A DNA stretch of 64,000 nucleotides, taken from positions 5,385-69,384 of IMG/VR virus record IMGVR_UViG_3300015050_000913; one strand, 5' to 3'. Origin of the DNA: a virus. Lineage: Duplodnaviria; Caudoviricetes. The translations under genes were made by a program, and so were the position numbers. Positions 46,233-55,234 of the stretch are shown piece after piece. The notes beneath the pieces were generated by a model. That model did no database searches and was not told where the DNA came from. It worked only from the letters and a program-made list of their open reading frames with translations. Within the stretch, counting starts at the first letter, position 1. The number at the start of each line of letters is the position of its first letter.

Positions 46233-47218
46233 TAAAAGTGTAATGTTTTATTGTTAAGTTGTTTCAGTTCATACTCCATCATTATTTTTACAAGTTCAGG
46301 AAACTTTACTTTAGCCTCAAATCCAAGTATTCTTTTACTTTTACTGGCATCCCCAATCAGTAAATCAACTTCGGCAGGTCGCATGAATTTGGGGTCGTAT
46401 TGAATGTACGATTCCCAATCTTCAATACCTATGTGCCTAAATGCTTCAATAACAAATTCTTTTACGCTGTGTGTTTCCTCTGTTGCAATTACAAAATCAT
46501 CAGGTGTTGGGTGCTGCATGATATTCCATATCCATTCAACGTATTCTTTCGCATAACCAAAATCACGCTTTGCATCTAAGTTCCCCAATGTTATTTTTTT
46601 ACGAAGCCCAACCGATATTTCAGCAACCGCCTTGCAAACTTTACGGCTAAGAAATTCAACACCACGCCTTTCGCTTTCATGGTTAAATAGAAAACCACAA
46701 TAAATTTTCATACCGTAGCTTTCCCTGTAAACTCTTGCCATGTAATACGCTGCCGCTTTACTAACTCCATACGGTGAACGTGGGTAAAATGGCGTAGTTT
46801 CTGTTTGTGGCACTTCTTGTACTTTACCAAACATTTCGCTTGAACAGGCTTGATAAATCTTACAGTCTAATTTCAAAGTCCTAACACTTTCTATTATCCG
46901 CAATAAACCCATACAGTTTACATCCATTGTCATACTTGGCACATCATACGACCATCTAACCTGTGACATACCTGCTAAATTGTATATTTCATCAGGATTG
47001 GATTTTTCAATAGCGGTATGAATACTTCCACTATCAGTCATGTCCGCAGGGTGCAATGTTATTCTATCAAGTAAGTGTGCTATATTTTCATGCAATGGCT
47101 GTGATGTTCTTCTTATAATACCATGAACTTCATAACCTTTTTCTAAAAGTAGTTCAACTAAAAAACTGCCATCCTGCCCATTTGTACCAGTTAATAATGC
47201 AACTTTTTTTACACCCAT
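46232..47218 (-). CDS. gmd: GDP-mannose 4,6-dehydratase
   Basis: TGTNGQDG, PDEIYNLAG, SSEMFG, FYPRSPYGVSK, FNHES and LGNLDAKRDFG motifs. Confidence 0.92.
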   Translation of the reverse strand: MGVKKVALLTGTNGQDGSFLVELLLEKGYEVHGIIRRTSQPLHENIAHLLDRITLHPADMTDSGSIHTAIEKSNPDEIYNLAGMSQVRWSYDVPSMTMDVNCMGLLRIIESVRTLKLDCKIYQACSSEMFGKVQEVPQTETTPFYPRSPYGVSKAAAYYMARVYRESYGMKIYCGFLFNHESERRGVEFLSRKVCKAVAEISVGLRKKITLGNLDAKRDFGYAKEYVEWIWNIMQHPTPDDFVIATEETHSVKEFVIEAFRHIGIEDWESYIQYDPKFMRPAEVDLLIGDASKSKRILGFEAKVKFPELVKIMMEYELKQLNNKTLHF

Positions 47219-47709
47219 TTTTCAATATTTATAAAGTTAGAAATAATTGTTGTATGTGGTTTACCTTTTGGTTGGTAATCTAATCTGTATTTAAAAGTGC
47301 TTAAAACTGCTTCCATGTGGTAAACATATTCAGCACCACTTTCTGTATCGTGAGCCACAATAACTTGTGCATCGTCTTTCCATTTTTCAATCAGGTCTTT
47401 TCTTATTTCTCCCGGAGCGCAATCAACAAACAGTAAACCTACTGCCCATGTGTCTTTAAAATAATCTTCAATAAATACGCTACCTGTTTTTTCTGCCCAC
47501 TCTTTATTGGTTTCATAACTAACAAAGTCTATATTCTTTTCGGAGCAGTATAGTCTTAAAAATGGAGTACTACCCATACCACTACCTAATTCACATACAT
47601 ACCCATCTGTATTTTTTAATGCTAACCATAAACATGGCTTGTGGCTATCCCAATCTGATTCACTTTCCCAATTTTTAGGACAAGGTATTTCTGTTACTAC
47701 TTTTGTCAT
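47209..47709 (-). CDS. SAM-dependent methyltransferase-like protein
   Basis: VCELGSGMGST, LFVDC and VAHDTE motifs. Confidence 0.55.
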   Translation of the reverse strand: MTKVVTEIPCPKNWESESDWDSHKPCLWLALKNTDGYVCELGSGMGSTPFLRLYCSEKNIDFVSYETNKEWAEKTGSVFIEDYFKDTWAVGLLFVDCAPGEIRKDLIEKWKDDAQVIVAHDTESGAEYVYHMEAVLSTFKYRLDYQPKGKPHTTIISNFINIEKWV

Positions 47710-48287
47710 GCTTTTTCATTTAAGTAAAATATAGCTGTTGCCCACGGATTTCCTGAATGGTCAGTATGGTCAGGCTGAATAAATCTTTCCATCCTTACGC
47801 CTTCCAATAAAACATCTAACGAAGGACACATAAAAACATAATCCTGTTGGTGGTTATCAATGATAAGTATTTCAGGCTTTAAAACTTTTACTGCGTATTC
47901 GGCACATTCGTACCTGTGTACCCCATCTACAATAACAATATTTGGCTTAACATCGTTTAAAAATACAGGCTTAACGTACCTATCTCTTTCGTCTGTATTA
48001 TCCCCCTCGTGCGTTTGAACGTACATATTTGTGCTTTTCCCTTCTACCCCATTTGATAAAAGCATTTGTCCAATAGATACCCACCATTCTCCATTATGGT
48101 CAACGGTATAAACGTACTTTGCTTTTTTGCACCACCACAATGTACTCGCCCCTCCACCATATTCAACTACTATTTTATCTGACAAATCCCATGTCTTTAT
48201 TTTATCCATTGCAGGGTTAGTGTACCACGGCTCTAAGATACCTAATTCGGGGTCTATTCGTTGACCAAAACACAGTTCTGTATTCAT
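47706..48287 (-). CDS. SAM-dependent methyltransferase-like protein
   Basis: VVEYGGGAST, VIVDG..R and LIIDN motifs. Confidence 0.6.
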   Translation of the reverse strand: MNTELCFGQRIDPELGILEPWYTNPAMDKIKTWDLSDKIVVEYGGGASTLWWCKKAKYVYTVDHNGEWWVSIGQMLLSNGVEGKSTNMYVQTHEGDNTDERDRYVKPVFLNDVKPNIVIVDGVHRYECAEYAVKVLKPEILIIDNHQQDYVFMCPSLDVLLEGVRMERFIQPDHTDHSGNPWATAIFYLNEKA

Positions 48288-49072
48288 AGTAGTTGTTTAT
48301 AAGCGTGATAGTATTCCCACATCCAATCTAAATTATCGTTGGGGTATTTTATTTTAAACAGTTCGTAAACTTTATTCATGTTGGATTCGTCAGTCAATGG
48401 TCTTGGTAAGTGAGAATCAACTAATCCGTCAGGATTAAAATGCCATCCGTCCCTATCTGCCCTACGTGTCGCAAACTGATTTTGTCCGTTTGTTCTGTTT
48501 ACCAAATCTACTTCAAACTCTAATCCACTCTCTACTATTTTTTTCTTTATATACCATTGGTCGTAGCACCATTGTTCGCCCCTTATATTTAATCCTTCTA
48601 TTGGGTCAATTAATTCTGAAATGTGTTCTTGATACGTTTTTGTTATCCCTAAAATATGTTTCCATCTGTATGCACTCATTTTTATAAAGCACATTGGGTA
48701 TTGGTCTGTTGGGGTTAAGTCAGCACCAATTACTTGCATGGTTTCCATGTCATTTAATAACTCATGTATCCCATCAAAAACGCATAAATCGCTATCCCCC
48801 GTTATTAACTGTTCATCACTACTTACCAATGGTATAGCTGCACCAAAAAGCCTTGAAACTTGGCTGTATGTGGGTATTCTTTTTTCTTCACAAACAAATT
48901 CAAAGAACGTAGCTTTTGTACCACAATATTTTTTTGCCAATTCAATTTTTGGATTATCGCCTTTTGGAATAAACACAATACAATCTACCCCTATCTTCCA
49001 CCAACTGTAAACAGCAAATGGTAAAGGCATTGCATAAAAATCATGTTCGGTTGCAGAAAGTACACTTATCAT
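48284..49072 (-). CDS. Putative glycosyltransferase
   Basis: ITGDSDL (DxD) and WCYDQ motifs; cluster context. Confidence 0.45.
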   Translation of the reverse strand: MISVLSATEHDFYAMPLPFAVYSWWKIGVDCIVFIPKGDNPKIELAKKYCGTKATFFEFVCEEKRIPTYSQVSRLFGAAIPLVSSDEQLITGDSDLCVFDGIHELLNDMETMQVIGADLTPTDQYPMCFIKMSAYRWKHILGITKTYQEHISELIDPIEGLNIRGEQWCYDQWYIKKKIVESGLEFEVDLVNRTNGQNQFATRRADRDGWHFNPDGLVDSHLPRPLTDESNMNKVYELFKIKYPNDNLDWMWEYYHAYKQLL

Positions 49073-49749
49073 AATGATTGTATAAAGAAAATTATTTTAT
49101 CGGGGTTATAACCTGTTCCTTTGTAGGAAACCATGTCATCCACTTTTTCGTTTTTTAATCCTAATTCCCAAATAGCTAAGTTAAGGCAACTTTGGTCTTG
49201 CCGGTGGAAGCGGAAACGTGGGTCTGCACTTTGGTTGTCATGTAACCTACTTCCTTTGCTTAACCCCATATCCATGTAGTACTTCCATCTTTCATAAAGT
49301 TTTTTGCCATTGGGATTATCGGTACGGATACCTACGCAACCACTTGCCCATTCAGTTTGATGTTCTGCTTCATCTCTTGTTTTTCCAAAGTGGTACAAAG
49401 CATTATCATTTACTGATTCAGCTAAATTATATCCACTACTAAAAAACCAAAATCCTTGCTCCGAAATTATATCAAACATTGGCATTGGATTCCTTACTGC
49501 AAAAAAACTTGCATCCACCCACAGTATATGAGTGTACCCTTGCTTAATAGCTTCTTCAAATGCAGCTATTTTAAGGTAGTATGGTATTTCATCGTGTGTT
49601 GGACAGTTTGGTGGGTAATCTTCCCACGTTAGTATTGAGCCTCCCCAACCTTCAAAATTTAATGTACGAATTAACCTACGCACTCCTGCGGGATACCAAC
49701 CACCTACACCTGCTGATATAATTACTGCTTTATTTTGTGTTAAATCCAT
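49069..49749 (-). CDS. Putative glycosyltransferase (GT34/GT-A-like)
   Basis: YYLKI..F..A, ILWVDAS and HRQDQSCL motifs. Confidence 0.55.
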   Translation of the reverse strand: MDLTQNKAVIISAGVGGWYPAGVRRLIRTLNFEGWGGSILTWEDYPPNCPTHDEIPYYLKIAAFEEAIKQGYTHILWVDASFFAVRNPMPMFDIISEQGFWFFSSGYNLAESVNDNALYHFGKTRDEAEHQTEWASGCVGIRTDNPNGKKLYERWKYYMDMGLSKGSRLHDNQSADPRFRFHRQDQSCLNLAIWELGLKNEKVDDMVSYKGTGYNPDKIIFFIQSL

Positions 49750-50329
49750 AACGTTCTTCGTGTGTGTCTTTTGGTTCGTAATTGTAATAATATAATTCTT
49801 CTTCAATATGGATTTCATCGGTTAAAAATGGTTTGATTGCCATGCTCCACTGCTCATCTTCGTTGTACCTTATATGTGGGAATGGTACTGACTTGGCTAT
49901 ATCAGTTCTTATTACATCTTTGTAGAACGGGCATCTTACGTATGAGTAACCATCAAAGTTATCCTGCCACTTTTCATACTTTATGGAATGGTTGGAACTC
50001 TTGTACTCCCCGTTCATCATGCACTGTTCCTTGAAAGTTATGCAGGGGATTTCAGGATTACTTCTTATAGCTTCAAGTATTAGCTGTATTGCGTTGGGTG
50101 CTAATTCGTCATCGTCATCAACTTGTATGCTGTATAATCCATTAGCTAACTGATAAAGTTTTTCTCTTTTTTCTCCAATAGTCATTTCTTTATTATCCTT
50201 TAACCTTGCGATTTCTACTTCTGTGTCTTGATGCTGATTTACCAAACTTGCATAAAGCCAATCAAATTCTTTCTCCCTCCCAACAACAGTAGGTATGAGT
50301 ATTGAAAGTAGTATTTTGTTTTCACTCAT
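49730..50329 (-). CDS. GT2-like glycosyltransferase
   Basis: LSILIPTV and QVDDDD motifs; FPHIRYNED. Confidence 0.7.
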   Translation of the reverse strand: MSENKILLSILIPTVVGREKEFDWLYASLVNQHQDTEVEIARLKDNKEMTIGEKREKLYQLANGLYSIQVDDDDELAPNAIQLILEAIRSNPEIPCITFKEQCMMNGEYKSSNHSIKYEKWQDNFDGYSYVRCPFYKDVIRTDIAKSVPFPHIRYNEDEQWSMAIKPFLTDEIHIEEELYYYNYEPKDTHEERYGFNTK

Positions 50330-51012
50330 AAATCAAAGTTTTTAGCTTTCCTTTTGTAGTAAGTTTCCATATCAACTGTATAGCCGATTTGCTGCTGTGC
50401 TTTAAATAAATCATCTTTAATTTCTTGGTATTCTTCGTATGCAGGGTTACGGTGTTCCATTATTGAATATGGCACGTAAATGTATCTACCTAAATGTTTT
50501 GCCGTTTCCATCTGTTCGTTGTCGCAAAATAATGAAATGTATGCAGGGTGGTAAATGTACCCAAACCTATCGTAGTATTTTTTATCACATACAGTCATTA
50601 CGCATAACGCTGAACCACTATCTTTTTCATGGAAGTGTAGGTATCCATCACCATCAGGAAAGTGTCCGTTCATTTCTGCTCTTATCGCTGAATCAAATCC
50701 GTATAGATTGAAAAATATATCATCACTTCCAATAACTATCACATCCCATTCTATATCAGGAATTGACCTGTTAACCGCATGGATTTTTGATTTAGATAAC
50801 CCCCACTCAATAGATATTTTGGCTTGTCTTGTTCGTAGCGTACTTATAAATGCTTCGTTGTTTACAGTATCATCATCGGTATCAAGCGTAAGGGATATAA
50901 AGGTATTTTCCCTGTCTTGAATATTATCAACTATGCTATCAAGTGCCTTTATTAATTTTTCAGGTCTTCCCCTTGATGGTAGCTTAACTAATATCTTTAG
51001 TGGCTTATGCAT
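50326..51012 (-). CDS. GT2-like glycosyltransferase
   Basis: LPSRGRP, GSDD and FCDNE motifs. Confidence 0.7.
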   Translation of the reverse strand: MHKPLKILVKLPSRGRPEKLIKALDSIVDNIQDRENTFISLTLDTDDDTVNNEAFISTLRTRQAKISIEWGLSKSKIHAVNRSIPDIEWDVIVIGSDDIFFNLYGFDSAIRAEMNGHFPDGDGYLHFHEKDSGSALCVMTVCDKKYYDRFGYIYHPAYISLFCDNEQMETAKHLGRYIYVPYSIMEHRNPAYEEYQEIKDDLFKAQQQIGYTVDMETYYKRKAKNFDL

Positions 51013-51646
51013 GTATTAATTTATTTTTAAAATGTTCTATTGCTTCGACTATCCCTTTTCTATTAATTTGATATTGTATTGCTGTTCCTGTAACTTTTAG
51101 TTCATCAGCCCACTGCTGCAATACCTTTCTTTCTCCGAGATATTCAATCCATACATTATTAGACCTATTTCTTGATTGCTGTTCACTTGTTGCCCATCTA
51201 CAATTTGACGGTTCGTAATTACCATTATTATCAATCCTATCTAAAGAATGTTTAGAAGTAGGCTTTCTTCCCATATCAGATAAAAAATTTTCATACCCAT
51301 TTTCACCTAACCATCTTTCACAAACAATTATTCCCCTTAACCCATACCTATAATACTTTTTATTATTAGGGTTATAGCACCTGTCTTGTATATGCGCCCA
51401 TGTTTTATACTCTGTTGTTTTTCTTGATTCACCATGTTTTCTGTTTGTAAATGGTCTTGATTCCCTATATATACAACCGCAACTTGTTGTTTTACCTGAA
51501 TTTAGTGCTGCTGAAATTACAGAATTTACCCCACCGCATATACAAACACAATCCCACTTACGTGAGCCATTTTTAGTAGGCAACCCTTCCCCAACAACAG
51601 TAAGCCTCCCAAATTGGTCTCCAATATTTATGACAGTACGTTTCAT
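51005..51646 (-). CDS. HNH-type homing endonuclease, paralogue of 16073-16711
   Basis: FGRLTVV, YGLRGIIVCERW and HSLDRIDNNGNYEPSNCRWAT motifs. Confidence 0.8.
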   Translation of the reverse strand: MKRTVINIGDQFGRLTVVGEGLPTKNGSRKWDCVCICGGVNSVISAALNSGKTTSCGCIYRESRPFTNRKHGESRKTTEYKTWAHIQDRCYNPNNKKYYRYGLRGIIVCERWLGENGYENFLSDMGRKPTSKHSLDRIDNNGNYEPSNCRWATSEQQSRNRSNNVWIEYLGERKVLQQWADELKVTGTAIQYQINRKGIVEAIEHFKNKLIHA

Positions 51647-51933
51647 TCTTTTATTTGTATTCCCCAAACATCTCCATTTTCCGTGAATGGTTTACCATTT
51701 ATCCATAAACAAGATTTCTTTTGGTAGTGGATGCTGCGACCTACCCCGTCACTTTCAGGGAATAATACTATATCCCCACGCTTATATCGGTTTGCCCATT
51801 CGTCAGAAACTTCAAGCACTTCTGCTTTTACCATTTCGTACTCCATTGCTACTATTCCACCTGCTGTTGTTGATTCTTCTTTTGGTAAAGGGAAAACTAT
51901 GAGCATAGCCCCTTCAGGTTTGATTGTTGTCAT
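51643..51933 (-). CDS. GroES-like co-chaperonin
   Basis: IKPEG..LIV, TTAGGIV, AEVLEV and KRGDIVLF motifs. Confidence 0.7.
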   Translation of the reverse strand: MTTIKPEGAMLIVFPLPKEESTTAGGIVAMEYEMVKAEVLEVSDEWANRYKRGDIVLFPESDGVGRSIHYQKKSCLWINGKPFTENGDVWGIQIKE

Positions 51934-51942
51934 ATTTTATTT

Positions 51943-52185
51943 TTAGTATTTGTAATGCTTTTTTATGTCTTTCCAATCGAATAATTCCTTTTCTTCTTCT
52001 TCTTTCTGTTGGCACTTTTTTTTGTACTTGTATTCCAAATCCCCAAGTAGTTCTATGTTTCTCCAAAGGGTTGCCCTGCTTACTTTTATCTTAATGGCTA
52101 TAATGTATATTGGAACACCATTAGATACCAACTCCCTTAACTTTTCAATTTGCTTTTCATTAATGCTTAACTTTTTTAATGGCAC
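51943..52185 (-). CDS. Small HTH DNA-binding protein
   Basis: GVPIYIIAIKIKVSRATLWR. Confidence 0.6.
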   Translation of the reverse strand: MPLKKLSINEKQIEKLRELVSNGVPIYIIAIKIKVSRATLWRNIELLGDLEYKYKKKCQQKEEEEKELFDWKDIKKHYKY

Positions 52186-52238
52186 TTATTAAGGGGTTTT
52201 ACAAAGGTTAGTGATTTTTATGTTATCCCAAAAATAAT

Positions 52239-52478
52239 TTAATTTAATCTTGCCTTATCAATGTCAAATTCATCAAATTCTTCACAAGTGCATATTGGCA
52301 ATACCAATACGTTTTCTTTAGTTCCTTTTTGGTCATCACCCTCATCTGTAAATTCAATCATTATTACTTCCACATTGGCAGCACAAATATCCTCTAAACT
52401 TTCATCTATACCCAATACCACAGGCATTGAATTTGGTAAGTCCTTAATGAGTTGTTTTAGTTTCCCTACTGTTATCAT
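52239..52478 (-). CDS. Hypothetical protein
   Basis: 79-aa acidic ORF with TVGKLKQLIKDLP start. Confidence 0.6.
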   Translation of the reverse strand: MITVGKLKQLIKDLPNSMPVVLGIDESLEDICAANVEVIMIEFTDEGDDQKGTKENVLVLPICTCEEFDEFDIDKARLN

Positions 52479-52919
52479 TTGCTTAGTTTTTGTAGTTTAC
52501 TTATCCATTGCTTTATTTCCGATATTTCCCAAAGTGGATTGGCTATGTAAGGGTTTGGCTCTTTCCATACCATCTTTAATCGTTGCTTGTACCTTTCTAT
52601 TAGTTCTTGTTCCACTTTTTTTTGTATTTTATTGGGTACTCATCGTACTTTTTGGTAAATAATTTCTGAATTAATAGTTTCAGAAAGGTAAGCATATTTT
52701 TCATTGGCATTGGTTGGTTTTTCAAAAAGTTTTTAAGAGAGGGAAGTATAAACCTCCCTCGTTTTAACCAAAACTAAAACTCTCGCTTATGAGAAGCATC
52801 TTTAAAAATTTATCTTATAGGCAAAGAACTAAGACCAAACCCTCCATCCCCTGTATTAGATTCATCGTTTAGTTCTTCTGCTGATTCAGCACCTTCTGAT
52901 GGATTCCATTTCATTGTTG

Positions 52920-53531
52920 TTATTGTTTTACTGTATTAAATTTACTTTCTACTATTTTTAACCTTGCTCTAAGGTCTATTAAAAGTTGTTTTAGTTCATC
53001 CCTTCCCCATTTGTAAGGTTCTCTTGATAGTTCGGATAACCTTTCTGCAAGTCCACTTTCTTCTTCATTTAGTTTTTTGGCAAAGATTATTAAATTGCCA
53101 CCTAAATTTTCATTGCAGTATTTACATGAACAACGGTTAGCTTTAAAGTCCCAACGGGTTAAGGTATTGGCTCTTGGAATAAAATGTGATAGTTGGCATA
53201 ACGTCCAATGCTGTAACCTACCACAAGTAAAACAATTTGCCAAACCCGTATTAGCATCTGCTGCTGTCATTCTTACTATACGGCTATGGACGTAATCAAG
53301 GTCATGTATTAGGTATTGCCTTTCTGCTTCATCATAGTTACCTTCTGCATATTCTTCATTCCTTAATTTAGATACGGTTTTCTTTATTGCACTCTTTCTT
53401 TTTTGCTTTAATTCCAACCTATCCAATACTTCTTTAGTAGCGTGTTGGTGAAAATAACCTTCAAAACCAATGGTCGGCATCATTGTGCATCCACATTTAC
53501 AGGTCTTACGGGTTATGCTACTATAAATCAT
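52920..53531 (-). CDS. ninG: NinG/Rap-family recombination endonuclease
   Basis: CFTCG, SHFIPR, TRWD and CKYCN..LGGN motifs. Confidence 0.7.
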   Translation of the reverse strand: MIYSSITRKTCKCGCTMMPTIGFEGYFHQHATKEVLDRLELKQKRKSAIKKTVSKLRNEEYAEGNYDEAERQYLIHDLDYVHSRIVRMTAADANTGLANCFTCGRLQHWTLCQLSHFIPRANTLTRWDFKANRCSCKYCNENLGGNLIIFAKKLNEEESGLAERLSELSREPYKWGRDELKQLLIDLRARLKIVESKFNTVKQ

Positions 53532-53733
53532 TTATAGCTTGTTTTACGTCATTCCAATATGATTGACCAAAATCAATTTTAGTCCTACCACTTTCACCAA
53601 TAGACACTTCATCCAATACGGCTATTACTTCATCCACGCATATTGCACAAGATAATTTTATATCAGATGGTGATGCGTGCCATTGCATTGAAAACCTATG
53701 AAACAACTGTAATGCTTTTTCTTTAGCTGTCAT
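53521..53733 (-). CDS. Hypothetical phage protein
   Basis: MTAKEKA..CVDEVI..YWNDVKQAI. Confidence 0.65.
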   Translation of the reverse strand: MTAKEKALQLFHRFSMQWHASPSDIKLSCAICVDEVIAVLDEVSIGESGRTKIDFGQSYWNDVKQAINDL

Positions 53734-53948
53734 AACGATAAAAATTCTTTAGTGATAGCCTCTGTTAAATAACCATCTTTTGTTTTGCCATAAACATAGT
53801 TTACAACGGTCTGAAAAGACACTCCTACATTTTTACCAATTTTCTTTGCGGCATCATTTAACCCTTTATCAATATAGGGGGCAGCAGCTTTCTTTAATTC
53901 TACAACCGCCTCTTTATGCCTCTGCTTTAATTGCTTCTTTGCTTCCAT
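53730..53948 (-). CDS. Small HTH regulator
   Basis: IGKNVGVSFQTVVNY; start placed at MEAKK. Confidence 0.5.
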   Translation of the reverse strand: MEAKKQLKQRHKEAVVELKKAAAPYIDKGLNDAAKKIGKNVGVSFQTVVNYVYGKTKDGYLTEAITKEFLSL

Positions 53949-54095
53949 AACACGAAGGTAATACTTTATTTGGAATAAAAAAATAAATATTTTATTTGGA
54001 ATTGTGAATAAAATGTTTTTACCTTTGTCCAGACTTACCAATGATACCACCTATTTAAACCAAACTTAATTACTAACCTTTAAAATAGATTTAAA

Positions 54096-54347
54096 ATGAA
54101 TTTATACCTATTATCACAAAATGAAAATAATAATTACGATACATTTGATAGCTGTGTTGTATGTGCTGAAAACGAATATGAAGCAAGAAATATAATGCCC
54201 GACTTTGAATCTGGTAAGCCATTTGAACCATCTAATTCATTTGGTACATGGGCTTTTAGTATAGAAGGTGTAGAAGTAGAACTTATAGGCATAGCAGCCG
54301 ATACTGTTAATAAGGGTATAGTTATAGCATCTTTTAACGCAGCATAA
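54096..54347 (+). CDS. Hypothetical phage protein
   Basis: 83-aa ORF. Confidence 0.65.
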   Translation: MNLYLLSQNENNNYDTFDSCVVCAENEYEARNIMPDFESGKPFEPSNSFGTWAFSIEGVEVELIGIAADTVNKGIVIASFNAA

Positions 54348-54378
54348 TTTTTACTAACCAATAAAACAAACAACAATC

Positions 54379-54732
54379 ATGGAATCAATTACTAACCGCT
54401 TAGACCGAGCCAAGAATGATTGGAGCAAGTGTCTTTACTATTTGATTTTAGACTACACAGCAGGTACAAATATGAAGAAGGTGCTTGGTCATAGCCCCCT
54501 ATTTTGGAAGTGGCAAACCCGTTTATCTGACCTTTGTAAGTACCATCAGGAACTAAGGGAAAAGCTAAATAAAACCCCTGTACCATTTAAAGACCCTGCA
54601 ACAGGTAAAGAAGGATACTACTTCCAATACACCTTCATCGGTAGCCACGCCTATCTTATAAACCTCTACAACAAGATAAACAAACTTGGCTTATACCGTT
54701 CACACAAGCCAAAAGTAGCTGCCGAAAAATAA
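54379..54732 (+). CDS. Hypothetical protein
   Basis: 117-aa ORF. Confidence 0.6.
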   Translation: MESITNRLDRAKNDWSKCLYYLILDYTAGTNMKKVLGHSPLFWKWQTRLSDLCKYHQELREKLNKTPVPFKDPATGKEGYYFQYTFIGSHAYLINLYNKINKLGLYRSHKPKVAAEK

Positions 54733-54745
54733 ATATTGAAAAATA

Positions 54746-54776
54746 TTTGGTGGTTTAAGAATTAGTTGTACTTTTG
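54746..54776 (+). promoter_or_regulatory. Bacteroidota sigma-70 promoter
   Basis: TTTG (54746-54749), 19-nt spacer, TACTTTTG (54769-54776). Confidence 0.6.
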
Positions 54777-54779
54777 AAT

Positions 54780-54910
54780 TGCAAAACGAATAAAATGATT
54801 CCAAAAACATCTTTTTCACATATCGGCTTGTTCCTGACTGTTAACCTATCTTACTACGTCCGTAGTTAATTCGTTTTGCAGCAGTCAGGAACGGGCTTTT
54901 TTATTTTATT
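54780..54910 (+). promoter_or_regulatory. Structured 5' leader (A-B-A'-B' plus U-tract)
   Basis: 54780-54791 pairs with 54869-54880 (12/12); 54826-54840 pairs with 54882-54896 (13/15 plus 2 GU); U-tract before the ATG. Confidence 0.6.
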
Positions 54911-55234
54911 ATGGCAATACCATCAGAACTAAGAAAAAGGTTCACGAATGTAGTAGTCAATAATTGGGAGTTAAATAATCACAATTTATCTGAAATATCA
55001 TGCGTATATGCTATGTTATCATTTGATATTTTTTCTAAAGAAACAGATATACTTTACATAGGAAGTACTACAAAGTTATTTTCAAGATACAAATCCCATA
55101 AAGTACCGGCTAAGATTCAGCAATTAGGTAAACTTAATTTAATGTATTTTTTACCCATGAACAAGGGTTTTTATGACTATGAAATTAAGCTAATAAAAAA
55201 ATTACAGCCAATATTTAATAAACAACATAAGTAA
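54911..55234 (+). CDS. Small GIY-YIG-like nuclease
   Basis: CVYAM..LYIGST..RYKSH..YEIKLIKKLQPIFN. Confidence 0.65.
   Translation: MAIPSELRKRFTNVVVNNWELNNHNLSEISCVYAMLSFDIFSKETDILYIGSTTKLFSRYKSHKVPAKIQQLGKLNLMYFLPMNKGFYDYEIKLIKKLQPIFNKQHK

Noticed and set aside
52810-52914. 34-aa minus-strand ORF ending EELNDESNTGDGGFG, resembling dUTPase motif V
   Set aside because: No other dUTPase motifs nearby and too short to support a pseudogene call.
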